A stretch of 64,000 bases of DNA from Blepharisma stoltei ATCC 30299 (taxonomy: Eukaryota > Protista > Ciliophora), in contig CBFDEM010000036.1 in assembly GCA_965603825.1 (NCBI GenBank), forward strand, positions 496,001-560,000, in the 5' to 3' direction. Made by a program: the position numbers and the translations under genes. Positions within the stretch are counted from its first letter, which is position 1, and every line of letters starts with the position of its first letter. The notes under the pieces were generated by a model. That model had not been told where the DNA came from and did no database searches. It saw nothing but the letters and a program-made list of their open reading frames with translations. Positions 24,231 through 36,152 of the stretch are shown here, piece after piece.

Positions 24231-24803
24231 TTATTCATCAAGAGTATCGGCAATCCACCTCCAAACCTTTTCTGTTTCTTTTGGAGAGTATTTCGCATCA
24301 AATACAAAGAGTTTTTTCTTTTGTGCATCTATTGATTTCAATTCGTCTAGTCCTAAGGCTCTTGTTAAGAATGGCACTTGCTTAAACTGCGCTTCAATAT
24401 CAATAGAAATATTTGCAATCACCGCAAGTGCGCACTGTTTTAATGATGGCTCGCTTGCTAAAAATCTGATTTTTCGTTTGGCTTCAATATATTTCATAGG
24501 TTCTTTGCTAATGCTAAACACAAATACTATTGCTCCGAAGTAGATATTATCAGTTAATGATTTCACAATAGGATATAACGATTCTTTTCCAGGAGTATCA
24601 AAAACAGCGAGAAGGTTATTATCAATTCTAAGTTCTTCATAGTTATATCCTAAAGTTGGTTCAATATGATGCTGCTCCCATCCAGGCTTCAGCCTTGGTC
24701 CAAATAAAACTGTAGTCTTTCCAGATCCTTCAACACCAGCAAGCAGAATATATTTTCTAGGTGGGATAAGTTGAGCACAAAACCTTTGAATTCGATTACC
24801 CAT
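24231..24803 (-). CDS. Divergent ARF-like small GTPase
   Basis: MG start, GVEGSGKT, EPTLG, DTPG; G4 degenerate. Confidence 0.85.
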   Translation of the reverse strand: MGNRIQRFCAQLIPPRKYILLAGVEGSGKTTVLFGPRLKPGWEQHHIEPTLGYNYEELRIDNNLLAVFDTPGKESLYPIVKSLTDNIYFGAIVFVFSISKEPMKYIEAKRKIRFLASEPSLKQCALAVIANISIDIEAQFKQVPFLTRALGLDELKSIDAQKKKLFVFDAKYSPKETEKVWRWIADTLDE

Positions 24804-24907
24804 TTAATATAAAGAAAATTTTTTTCTAACTTGCAATTATTTTAAACTTTAGCGTTTTATTAAGAGATAATGAAAATTGTTATTTAATAACAATTTTCCA
24901 TACAAAG

Positions 24908-26239
24908 ATGAGTCTTGAGCCAATTTTTTCAACTTCATACTATGACAACAAAGGAACGTTTGCTGAGAAGTTGCAGAAAGATACGTATTTTTATACAAGA
25001 AAGCTTGAGCATAATAGAAAGCAATCTGATATTTTAAACCAAGAACTTGGAGAGGCACAGAATAAAATTTCAATGCATAAAGCCAATCAACTTTCAATGA
25101 GCGACTCTAAATCAAAAATGAATTCATTGATAAATAGAGCAGCCTGACTTGAAAATCAGCTTGCATATGAGCAGAGTAAGTTAAATAAAACTATACTTGA
25201 AAACAAGTTGATAAAAGAAAAAATAGAGGCATTAAGAAAGGAAAAACAACATATTAGAAAAATTTCACATAGCTCAAGCCAAGAGCTTGAAAGGATGAGA
25301 TCGACTACTGAAGTAATGAAAATTAGGAATTTATATTGCAAGTCTGAAACTGAAAACGTTTGTGGACAAATTGAGTCCTCTAGAGAAAATTTTATGAGAT
25401 CAAAATCTAGCATGAGGTCACAAATTTTGAATCTTGAAAGCTATGCTGCTGGCAAATCACTTGATGCTTCCCCAGCAAAGCCAGAGATGAAGAGACCGAA
25501 AACTCCAATGGAGCTCTATAGCTTGCATAAACATTTGGCTGAAAAATTTGGAGAACTTGGAAGAGGAAAATATAATGAAATTGATAATTTCAAGAAAAAT
25601 AAAAAGACGCTAATTACAGCCTTTAATGAGATGCGGGGACAAGATTTTTCATGGAATGAAGTTGTTAAAATTTATTTGACCTATATTAACCAGTACAACT
25701 CTCTATGCAAAACATTAGGGGATTTATCCGAGTCAATTGACAAGGTATCAGACGAAATTAAAAGCACAAAGCAAGAAATTCTTTCTCAAAAATCAACTGC
25801 AGGTGAAGAAATCGCTCTGTATAAATTGAAATGTGAAGACTCCAAAATAAAAATTGCAAGCATCGAAGAAGAAATAGCAGTCAAGAATGAGAAAACTGAA
25901 AAATTGAAAAGCAAGTTCTCCTCGATTCTTTTTCCTTTATCTGCAATAAGCAGGTGATATAATAGTTTAAAAAAAGCGAATCCCTTGCACAATGAACCGA
26001 ATAATGTAGAGATGATATTTGAGTATGCAAAAGAAGCTGATAATTTAATCGGAATTTTGGAATTTTTAAAAATTATTAAACCGAAGACTGAGCAAAATAA
26101 AGAAGCGAATAAAAGTACGACGAGGAGAACATTTAAAGTAGGTGAGATTGAAGGTAGTAACAATGGAGATGAAGAAAGACCACTATCTTTGAAAAGGTTT
26201 AGAGCAGTTGCAAAAGAAATTGCTTTTAAAACTAATTAA
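24908..26239 (+). CDS. Long coiled-coil protein (possibly ODA docking-complex-like)
   Basis: Three in-frame ORF pieces joined by TGA 25145 and 25955; family call weak. Confidence 0.65.
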
Positions 26240-26254
26240 TTATTATTTATCTTG

Positions 26255-27271
26255 CTAATTTCCTAGTGCTCCATATCTTACCATTGGCTTGGCTTGGCTT
26301 TTCATCTTGTCGTAGTTAAATCCTTGCTTAAATTTATAGTTTTTACATACTGGGGTCAGCTGAGCATAATTTGGAGACACAAAAGGCTCTGCAATATTTT
26401 TTTCAGGCTTTTCAGCTTGTTGCTGCTTGGTTTCTATCGGGTTTGGAGGTGGGATTCTAAGATTTCGTGCTTGCTTTTGTTCCGCCATAGAGGGCTTTGA
26501 CTTTCCCTGAGCATCTTTGTGGTTACTTTCAGATATTGGAGATGATATTCTTTTCGCACTGTAAATACTATTAGAGTATTTCGTAGCCTTAGAGGCAATA
26601 TTTTCAATTGATGACATTGAACTACTTGTTGACATTCTTGGTGACACCACAGGCTTAAAAGTGCATGCGCTCATTTCTACCTTCTCCTTGCTTATTCTTT
26701 CTTTTTCTATTCTCTCGTTTTTCTTTTTCGCCCAATACAAGTTTCTTTCAACCAAAGTCATTTTACTTGTATCAACTTTTTCCTCCTCTGTTTCGACTGG
26801 AATTTTGCAACGGTTTTTCAAGCTTTCTTTTAAAGATTCGTAAGGGATTTTGATTTCTGCTCCGAAATTTTTGTATTCTTGGAAAGTGTCAACTTTGTCA
26901 CCGTCTTCTATGGCTAGTTTTTCTTCTAATTCTTTGTCCTCGATTGCTCGCTTGGAGTTTTTGAGGATTTTCTTAGAGTTTGGGTTGATCTGAGGGGCAG
27001 CTGTGTAGCTTCTTCTTTCTTCAGCGTTTTTTAGCATCCTTAAGGTCGTTATTCTTGCTTTAACTTCCTCGTCTTTTGCTTTAAGCATGTCTTCTATTCG
27101 CATTGGAATATTGGAAATTGAGCTGGATTTTCTGGATCTTTGCTTTGGTGTTCCTCCATTGATAATAGAAGGAGCGTCTTTTTCTGAAGGGGTCATGCTA
27201 AGGTTCGCACCAATGTTGAGTTCTGATGAAGAAGGAAATTCTTCGGCTGCAGGGCATTCGTTATTTGACAT
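26255..27271 (-). CDS. Hypothetical protein with CTFKP motif
   Basis: Intact 338-aa ORF. Confidence 0.75.
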   Translation of the reverse strand: MSNNECPAAEEFPSSSELNIGANLSMTPSEKDAPSIINGGTPKQRSRKSSSISNIPMRIEDMLKAKDEEVKARITTLRMLKNAEERRSYTAAPQINPNSKKILKNSKRAIEDKELEEKLAIEDGDKVDTFQEYKNFGAEIKIPYESLKESLKNRCKIPVETEEEKVDTSKMTLVERNLYWAKKKNERIEKERISKEKVEMSACTFKPVVSPRMSTSSSMSSIENIASKATKYSNSIYSAKRISSPISESNHKDAQGKSKPSMAEQKQARNLRIPPPNPIETKQQQAEKPEKNIAEPFVSPNYAQLTPVCKNYKFKQGFNYDKMKSQAKPMVRYGALGN

Positions 27272-27618
27272 TTATTAATCTGTTTAAAATTAAGAAGAGT
27301 CCTAGTCTTTTAGTAAATGATTACCAAAAATGAAGAAGCTGATGATATTATTTATTTTAAGTTAAATGATTTATTAAATATGCACTACTTTTTTATCACC
27401 TCAAAAAAAACATGGTAAATTTTGAGATATAGCATATGATCAAATATTTATGATTTAAATACTTTTTTTATTTTATTTCCAGATATTAAAAAATAATTTT
27501 TCTTTTATTTTTGGCTAATTGTGAATACCTTTGTATGACTAATTCCGATTTTAAAATAATTTCCCTAACTAACTTTATCCTAAATAGCGCATTAATTATT
27601 ACCATCATTAATTACAAA

Positions 27619-30144
27619 TTAAAATAATTTGAGTTTCTTTCCAAAGTCTTCATCTCCATCGCTATCTTCCAACTTTCTCTTATTATCAGCAAAAGCCTGA
27701 GAATTAACGAAATCTAATTTCTCTTCTATCACTCTTTCTTCTAGCTTCCAATCAGGGATTTTTATTTGCACAACATCTATTAGATCTGTAGCTTCACTTA
27801 AGAGGGACCCTTTATACGCACTTTTATGCAAATCGATGCCACTGTCTTCGAATGACATGCAATTTGGAGAAAGGGTAAATAATTCCTTAAGATATCTTTT
27901 TGAAAAAGAAGATGCAAACTGCTTAGAATCAATGATTGTGGATGAAAGCGTTTCTTTTGCATGCTGCCTTTGGAATATTTTTTCATCGATTGTACCTGTG
28001 GAAAACAATCGATAAATGTAGACTGGCTTACTTTGTCCATCTCTTCATATTCGACCCATGACTTGCTTATCGTTGCTTGGATTCCAGTCGGGGTCTGCAA
28101 TAATTAGTCTGTTTGCGCCAACTAAATTCAGCCCTACTCCACCTGCTTTGCAGCTGAGTAGAAATACAATTTCACTGGACCCTGGGGAGTTAAACTTGTC
28201 CACAATTTTTAGTCTTTGATTAACTGTGGTACTCCCATCAAGTCTACAGAATGAATATTGCCTTTGTTTACAAAGTTCTTCATACAAATCAAGTGTTTTA
28301 TTAAAATTGGATGCAAGGATTACTTTATCCCCTATTTCTATTGATTTTTTTACAAGAAAATCAAACAGCATCATTTTCGAAGAATGCTTGCACCTCTCAG
28401 TATCATTTTCATAGTCTTGTGGGAATAAATTCATTGCTACAGTCCATGCTTCAAATAGGTTAGGAGATTTTGGCTGATGGTTATATATCAGATCAGGATG
28501 ATTAGAAATTTTTCTCAGTGACGTAATGATATTAAGAGCATTTCCCGCATCCACATTTTCAACAACTTCTGTTGTGAATTTTGACTGAATATAAGCTTGA
28601 TAAATCTGTGTTTGGAGCTCAGAAAGTTTACAAAAAATCAGGTACTCGCTTCTAGGTGTTAAATATTTTTCTAATAGTGTTCCAGTTCTTCTTAAAATGA
28701 ACGTAGACGTTATCTTGCAAAGTTCATCTGACCTCTGCAATGCAAGCTCTTTCACTTTTTCACTGCAATTCGGGTCTTGTCCAGCGCCAATTGGATCTGA
28801 AAAAATCTTTATGAAAGTATTTTTGTCACCCAAAATGTCAGGATTAACAAAAGAAATGCAGGAATAAAACTCAAGAAGCTTGTTTTGGAGTGGAGTTCCT
28901 GTTAAAATGATTCTTCTCCTGCAATTAACTTCGTTAAGAGTCATAGCTGTTTGGGTTTTTAAATTTTTTAGACGATGCCCTTCATCACAGATTAACAAAT
29001 CGCAGAGATCAACTAAGGCTTCTGTATAGGTTCGAAATGTTTCGTATGAAATAATGAGCACAGAAGTGGATTCTTGGGAAAATTTTTCTATGGCTTCTTC
29101 TTTTTCTTTTTGGTTGCCAATGCAGACAACAACGCCTAATTGATAAGGGCCAAGCCATTTTTGAAACTCATTCGCCCAGTTTAGTAGCAAACTTGATGGC
29201 ACCACGACTATTGATTTATCTAAAAATGATTCGCCTTTGGGGTCTTTTCTAAGCAAAGGATACAATAAAGCTATAGTTTGTATAGTTTTTCCTAGTCCCA
29301 TTGTGTCAGCTAATATACACCCATAATAATTTTTACTTTTGTTTCCTGCTATACAATCATACATAAATTTTACACCAATTTTTTGATGCTCTCTTAGATT
29401 TTTGGCAAGATGAGGAATGACAAAAATTTTATTTTCTTCATCTAAAACTAATGAACCTTCAGGAATAGAAACGTTTTTCTTTTTTTTCCTCGTAAAAGTC
29501 ATTTCTTCTTCATCATTGTTAAATTTTGAAATAAAGCACTTCCCAGATGCAAAGTCTTTATACGGCACCTCTCCATCAACTGCGACTTCTATTTTCCCCA
29601 AAATTAATGTAGCGCCAGGGCGTAAACGGTGCTTAGATTCTGAAGCTGGTTCTTCAACAATAACTTTACCTTCAGGACTATATAATTCAATAACATTTGG
29701 AGACACAACAACGATTCCTTCAACCATTGTTTCATCTCTTCAGTTAGGATGAGTATATACAACATTGTAAAATTTGTCATTTTTATCGGGGACATAGTGC
29801 TCGATAATTTTTTTAGGTGTTTTGTTAGGATCTTTCTGAGATCTTTTTGGTTTTGGAGTTGTCTCTTTAACTTCAGAGCTTGAAGAAATTGAGTCACTTT
29901 CAGAGTCTTCATTTAATCTCTTGTTCATTAGTCTTTGGCTTCTCCGAAGAGACACTTCTGAACTTTGGCTTGTTGGTTGCATTCCCGCCTTTATTTCAGA
30001 AGAATCATTTTTGATTATCTTAGCGCTGGATTTGATGGGAAAGTCAAAAGGGTTCTTGAATTTCTCTTTTTTCTTATGCGAGGTCCAAGCATCTTCTGTA
30101 TTTGTCTCGTTTAGTTGCTCATATTCCAACCCACCTTCGACCAT
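27619..30144 (-). CDS. RAD54: RAD54/RAD54B-like SNF2 DNA translocase, ~841 aa
   Basis: [44 protein letters not shown](TGA 28045)RDGQ; TGA 29740. Confidence 0.93.
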
Positions 30145-30389
30145 TTGTTTTATTTGTAAATGTATCAGTTTTTTAATTAACTTCTTTATTGTTTTAGCAA
30201 TTTTTTTTATTTTATGTGATTTTCAATTGTTATTATTAGCTTTTTGGCGAATGCTTTAATAAATCTAAATTTAAGCATTGCCTTATTTTTATTAACTGAT
30301 ATTAAAGTACCCAAATTGCAATTAGCTTGCTTAAGTGCCTGAACTTCTTAATGTTTCTTAATAAAACGGGTAGTTTTGAATAATTAAAC

Positions 30390-31538
30390 ATGCTTGAAAA
30401 AATCTTAGGAAAAGACCCTGATGAAGTTTTCGCTTACATGACAGCACGCATGCTTATTATCAGAGATCTTCTAATGTCACTTATTGATTGATCCCTGCAA
30501 ACACTCATAGTAGTTTACGTGATTTTTTATTGCTTTCTCATTCTTCAAAGATACAATATCAAGGCCACCTGAGATGGATATATTTATTACCGAATAACTG
30601 GCAAAGGCTACTCAGAAACTGATGGAATCTACTATCCATGGGACCATGGCGATCTAGTTTACCCAGAACAAGACGGAAACGGCTTTAATTTGGGCGTTCA
30701 CTGCTACAGAGTTGATGGCCAGCAAATGGGCTACTGCACAAATGCTTGTGAATCTGATGATGATTGCAGTGATAAAGAGCCATATGAGTATAAAGTTTGC
30801 ACGGATAATGGCTATTGCAAAAGCCTAACATGGTGCCCAGACCTAGCTTCTATAAGTTCCTCAGAGCTAGATGAATCCAAAATTTATGGAGTTGGGAATT
30901 TCGTAATAAACCTGTGGGCAGGAATAGATTTCCCACAGTTTGATACAGATGAATATGTGAATTATGAATCAAAAAAGCCTGTAAGTTATCCAGAAGAGCC
31001 AGCTACTAAGTATACAATTAATGATATTTTGTCTGAAGCAGGAATTGAAAGTATGGATGAAGTCAGAAAAACAGGAGCGATCATTGAAATAATTATTGAC
31101 TGAAAATGCAAAACAAAGGAAACCACCTGTGATCCTACTTTGAGTGTAGCCAGGCTTGATGGGGCTAGCGAAGACCATCCTGTATCTTTTACGTAAATTC
31201 TATTTAGACGCTCTAATCATTATTATAAGGATGGAGTATTGACACGAGATTTCAAAAAGTTTATCGGATTGAAATTTATGATTAGATCAGAAGGGCTAGG
31301 GTATGAATTTTCTCTATTGCAAACAGTGCTTCAGATTTCTTCTGGGTTGGCTTTATTAAAACTAATGACAACTATTACTGATTTCATTATGTTAAACCTA
31401 TATCCAAACAAAAAGAAAAGAGCAGCTTTCAAGAAATTCAAGGTTGAGGAAAGTGTGGACTTCACTGATAAAGGCAATAGAATCGATTATATCAGATTTT
31501 TAAGAGAAAGAAGAGAGAATCAGCCCAACGAGGAGTAA
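30390..31538 (+). CDS. P2X receptor family ion channel, ~377 aa
   Basis: FAYMTARMLIIRD (YxTxK/R), TM1, Cys-rich ectodomain, GAIIEIIIDW(TGA 31101)KC, RDFKKFIGLKF..G.G..F, TM2 ISSGLALL...TTITD; intron 31193-31207. Confidence 0.88.
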
Positions 31539-31765
31539 TTAAAGCATATAAATGCTGCATCATTATTGAAAAAATAAGGATTATTTAAATTTCGAGAGTC
31601 TGAAACTTTTTATTCAATGCCATGATAGCTCCTTTTGGAGAGTGAATCTTTGGCCAATTATTTTTTTATTATTTATTTTCTCTGTTTTTTTATATTTTCT
31701 CGACAAAAATTGAAAATATATAAAGGTATTCTTTTCTACTTATTAGAATTACTATTAAAATATAA

Positions 31766-32369
31766 ATGGAATCAAGAAGACTTCAAAAAGAGTTCGAAGA
31801 ACTTTTTAAGCTGGGTGCAGACGGCAACAGCAATGTAAGCGCTCACTTGGTTGGCAACGATATGCATCATCTCAAAGGAATAATCAAGGGACCAGTAAGT
31901 TTCTATTTAGTAGCCAGATACACCATATAGCGGTGGAACTTTTATTGTTGATATCCAGATTCCTCCTGATTATCCTTATAAACCTCCTAAAATGAAATTT
32001 GATACGAAAATCTGGCATCCTAACATTTCATCTCAAACAGGAGCAATTTGTCTTGACATTCTCAAAGATGAGTGAAGTCCTGCTTTGACAATAAGAACTG
32101 CTCTATTAAGCTTACAAGCATTATTATGTGCTCCTGAGCCTGACGATCCTCAAGATGCAGTTGTTGCAAGTCAATATAAAAACCACCATGCAGAATATGA
32201 AAGAACTGCGAGACAATGGACACAAGAGTATGCGAAAGATATTGAGCAAGTTCATCGCGAACAAATTCAAAGATTGTGCGAGATGGGATTTGATGAAGTA
32301 ACTGTAAGAACAGCACTCGAAAATGCTGGTTGGGATGAAAACGCAGTTATCAATTCGCTTTTAGGATAA
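31766..32369 (+). CDS. UBE2K: Ubiquitin-conjugating enzyme E2-25K/UBC1 with UBA domain
   Basis: GPPDTPY (needs intron 31895-31913), [22 protein letters not shown](TGA 32073)SPAL, UBA MGF. Confidence 0.95.
31895..31913 (+). other. Spliceosomal intron with tandem TAG-TAG acceptor (16 or 19 nt)
   Basis: gtaagtttctatttagtag; only the 19-nt form restores GPPDTPY. Confidence 0.85.
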
Positions 32370-32442
32370 AAATATTGATTAACTTTAATTTAGCTATTTT
32401 GATATACGAGGCTATTAATGAAAACTTTTCCAAATGTATTAC

Positions 32443-32874
32443 CTATAATTTACCTAGGAACTTTCTTATTTCTTCAAACTTGCTTTCTTTGATTTTCATC
32501 TCAAAGCTGCCAATAACTTTGGATAGCCCTACAAGCTTTTTTAGCCTCCTTGAGATTATTTTGGTTTTTGTTTTTCTTTTCTTAATTGTCTTTTTATTAT
32601 GTATAATTATCCAAAATATTCTGGCATAAATAGACAAAATCAGTGAGCAAGCAGGAGTGAGAAGTCTCCTGTGAATTAAATCAATTAGAGACATGGCTGC
32701 TTCTTCAATGATATTTTCAAAATTATCAATTTCTGCTCCTGATATATATTTTTTCAAAGTCTTATAAACCTGCATTAGTTTTCTGAATTGTAGAGTTCTG
32801 CCTAGTTGATTTTTCAGCTTATACACAACCTGCTTTATAAGTTTGCATTCGTAAAATAATGGATTAACATTCAT
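32443..32874 (-). CDS. NEPRO/Rmp1-like (RNase MRP subunit) N-terminal domain protein
   Basis: E..LIKQVVYKLKNQLGR...FRKLMQV pattern; family call from memory of the motif. Confidence 0.55.
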   Translation of the reverse strand: MNVNPLFYECKLIKQVVYKLKNQLGRTLQFRKLMQVYKTLKKYISGAEIDNFENIIEEAAMSLIDLIHRRLLTPACSLILSIYARIFWIIIHNKKTIKKRKTKTKIISRRLKKLVGLSKVIGSFEMKIKESKFEEIRKFLGKL

Positions 32875-32880
32875 TTTATT

Positions 32881-34893
32881 ATGTCAGGCTGTATAAGAAC
32901 AATTTCAATTTCGGGAGGCTGCAACCAAACCTTGAATTCTGCTGCTTTACAATACCCTCTGCTTGCATATGGCTCAGGAACTGAAATTTTATTACACAAT
33001 CTTGAGAATGGGACCACATGCCAAGCACTTTCAGGCCACTCTTCACGTGTAAATTGCCTCGCCATGTCAGGAAATTTTCTAATCTCTGGCGGATGCGACA
33101 AGAAAATGATCATTTGGGAAAATTTTGTTAAAAAGCAGGAAATTTTGGTTAAAGGAGCCGTCATCAATATTACAATTGGCAAAAATCATGCAATTGCTTT
33201 GAGCGCAGATGGAGAAATCCTTAGCTTTAAACGAGGCGAAAACCTTACACTTGACCAAGAAATAAACCTTGGTATGAACCTCCAAGAAAGCTTAGCGATT
33301 GTTGATTATTTTGATAAAGAAATTTTGGCATTAGGAGGAGCTGATTCAAGAATCCATATATACACATATCAAAACGAATGGATCTATCAAAATTCACTAG
33401 AAGGGCATGTAAGGACAGTTAGGAGTTTAGACTGGAAAACTGAAAATAACGACCTTTTGCTTGTCAGTGGAAGCCAGGACTCATATATTAGGATATGAAA
33501 ATTTTTCAGAGAAGTTCCTCATAGCCTATTAGAGTCACAAGGACTATATTTAATAGAAAGTTTACAAATGTCAGCTAAGCTTGAAGCTGTAGCATTTGGC
33601 CATACCGGCCCTGTGAGCAGTGTTAAATGGATGGGAAATTCAATATTAAGCAGTTCTCACGACTTTACAGTTCAAATATGAAATGAAGACAAGTACAGCG
33701 GATCTTGGATTACAACAGCTACTTTAGGCCAGATTGGAGGCAATAAAAACTTATTTTTCGGAGCTTTATGTGATGAAAGCGCTCAGCATATTTTAGCTCA
33801 TGGTTACTCTGGAGGATTTTATCATTGGGTCCTCAACTCTGGAGAATGAAAAAATATCCCTGCCCCAACTGGTCATTTTAACTCGGTAACTGATATAGCT
33901 CTAGCTTCTGATTTTGTTATAACTTCTTCTTCAGATCAAACAGCTAGGATCTGGGCTGAGTGGAACGGTATCTGGAAAGAATTATCAAGGCCGATGATCC
34001 ATGGATATGATTTAAATTGCATTTGCTATTATGGTAATTACATCATTTCAGGAGGTGATGAAAAAGTTATACGCACTCTTGAAACTTCTAGTGTAACTGC
34101 AGACATATTCTCAAGGGATGCTGGAATTAGATTATCAGGAATCAAAAGAGGAGCTGGCCAAGCCTTAGGCCTTGCAACTAAAAGCTCAGAACAGGAGAGC
34201 TTTAACATCGCTCAAATCCCTGTGACAGAAGATATTTTAAACTCTTATACATTGTGGCCTGAAATTGCCAAACTATATGGTCATGGCTATGAAGTTGCTG
34301 TGTTATGCCCAGCTCATTTATCGCCGCTATTAGCAAGTGCATCTAAGTCACAGAATGCTGAGCATTCAAATATATTATTATGAAACTTGGAATCTAGAAC
34401 ACAAGCAGGCTCTTTATCTTTCCACACATTAGGTGTTACAGACTTAGCGTTTTCCCACAATGACCAATATTTCCTTTCAGTCTCCAGAGATCGATCGTGA
34501 TGCCTTTATATTTTTGAGGAAAATTCGTATAAAATCAAGACAAGCCTACAAGCTCATACAAGAATCATTTATTGTTGCGCTTGGAGTCCAGATGACACAA
34601 ACTTCATTACAGGCTCAAGAGATAAGAAACTAAAAATCTGGAACACCAATGGAGAATTAATAGATACTCTGAGCTTCCCACAACCTGTGACTGCTTGTGT
34701 ATATATGAGCACTGGCACAATTGCTGCAGGATTAGAGGACGGAAAAGTTTTAATTATGAACATCGCAACCAAGACAGAAATAGGAGCATTCAGCCATGGT
34801 GCTTATGTAACAAAGCTAAGATGGAATGGCAAGCTGCTATTTTCTGCAAGTGAAGATCATACAGTGAGAGTTCATACTTTAGAGCTTAAATAA
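32881..34893 (+). CDS. ELP2: Elongator complex protein 2 (WD40), ~670 aa
   Basis: SGSQDSYIRIW(TGA), IHGYDLNC, TLWPEIAKLYGHGYE, SRDRSW(TGA); single frame. Confidence 0.94.
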
Positions 34894-35644
34894 ATCTTAT
34901 AACTTTTATTAAACTATTATACAAAATAAAATTAATTCATTTTCAGCAGCACACTGTTTATGAATGCCCATTAAATCTTTGATTGAATATTATTCGTTTA
35001 CCTTATTTCATTAGTGTGGCAAACTCTTAAAACTTTGAAACTTATTGCACCTCTATACTCCTCGTATTAGCTCTTCTCACAACCTAATGACTTCTCAAGA
35101 CTCATGCTACGTCGATAATGAGAATTAAAGATCTATAGACAAAAATTGGCCGTGCCCCAGTTCATTCCAAGTAAATTCCATCATAATAAAATTATTTTGA
35201 ACGGCCTTTATGTCCTGTTCAGCCATTGTGCCTATGCATAGTTCATACCCTTAAGCTGTTATAGCATATTGATAAAGCCGGATAGTATTTCTTCCATCTT
35301 TTTATTTTAAAGATTTGCATAATCTTGCAAAGTTATTTTCGAAATAAATCTTATACCATGATTTCAAGGAGTTTTTAGCATTTTTGCATAAATATTTAAA
35401 CATCTTCTGAGTTCCAGCTAATTTAAGATAGGAGAATTTAAGAGTTTCAAACTCTCCCACAGATCTTTCTTTGGTTTTAAGTCTGAACAATCCAAAATAT
35501 GAGTAATTAAGAAAGGCATACTCTATCAGCTGCCATATTTTATAACTCCTAGGAAATTAATTTTCAATTACTTAGATTTCTTAAACATTTTAATCAGCAT
35601 TTTGGTAATTAAAATCATCCTGTAAGTATAAGTTATCCAGAACT

Positions 35645-35905
35645 TTAGTTTTGGTCTGAATGCTGCTCATGGAAGCTAGTAGAATATAGGGTGATATCGA
35701 TTTCATTAGCTTCTTCTATTGATGGGTTAGCAACGAGTTGGCTTGATTTGTATGAAGATATTGGACCTTCGTAATGTGAAACTCTTAAGCTTTCCTTGTG
35801 GCTATTTTCAAAAGCTGTTTCATCGCACACCAATAGAAGTGATGGTGCAGGCTATTTAAAGTATACTGGAAGGTCTTTCGAGCTACTAGTACAACATGCA
35901 CCCAT
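35645..35905 (-). CDS. Short N-acylation-motif protein (MGACC...), possibly the 5' part of a decayed gene
   Basis: ATG 35905, 15-nt intron 35852-35866, TAA 35645. Confidence 0.4.
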
Positions 35906-36152
35906 ATTGCTAAATATAAAATTTTTCAATTTTAATAAAACAATAAATTAATCCTACAGAATTTACATTTTCTTTTCGTTCGACGATTTCACTATCTATA
36001 AATTCAGACGGTAAACATATCTAAGCATTTTGAAATTTTTTGAAAAAATTTGATGGCTGTCTAATTGCCATCAAAACACATTAAATTATTTTAAATTTAT
36101 ACCACGAAAAATGATTATTATGCATTAACATACATATTGAAATAATATTTTA

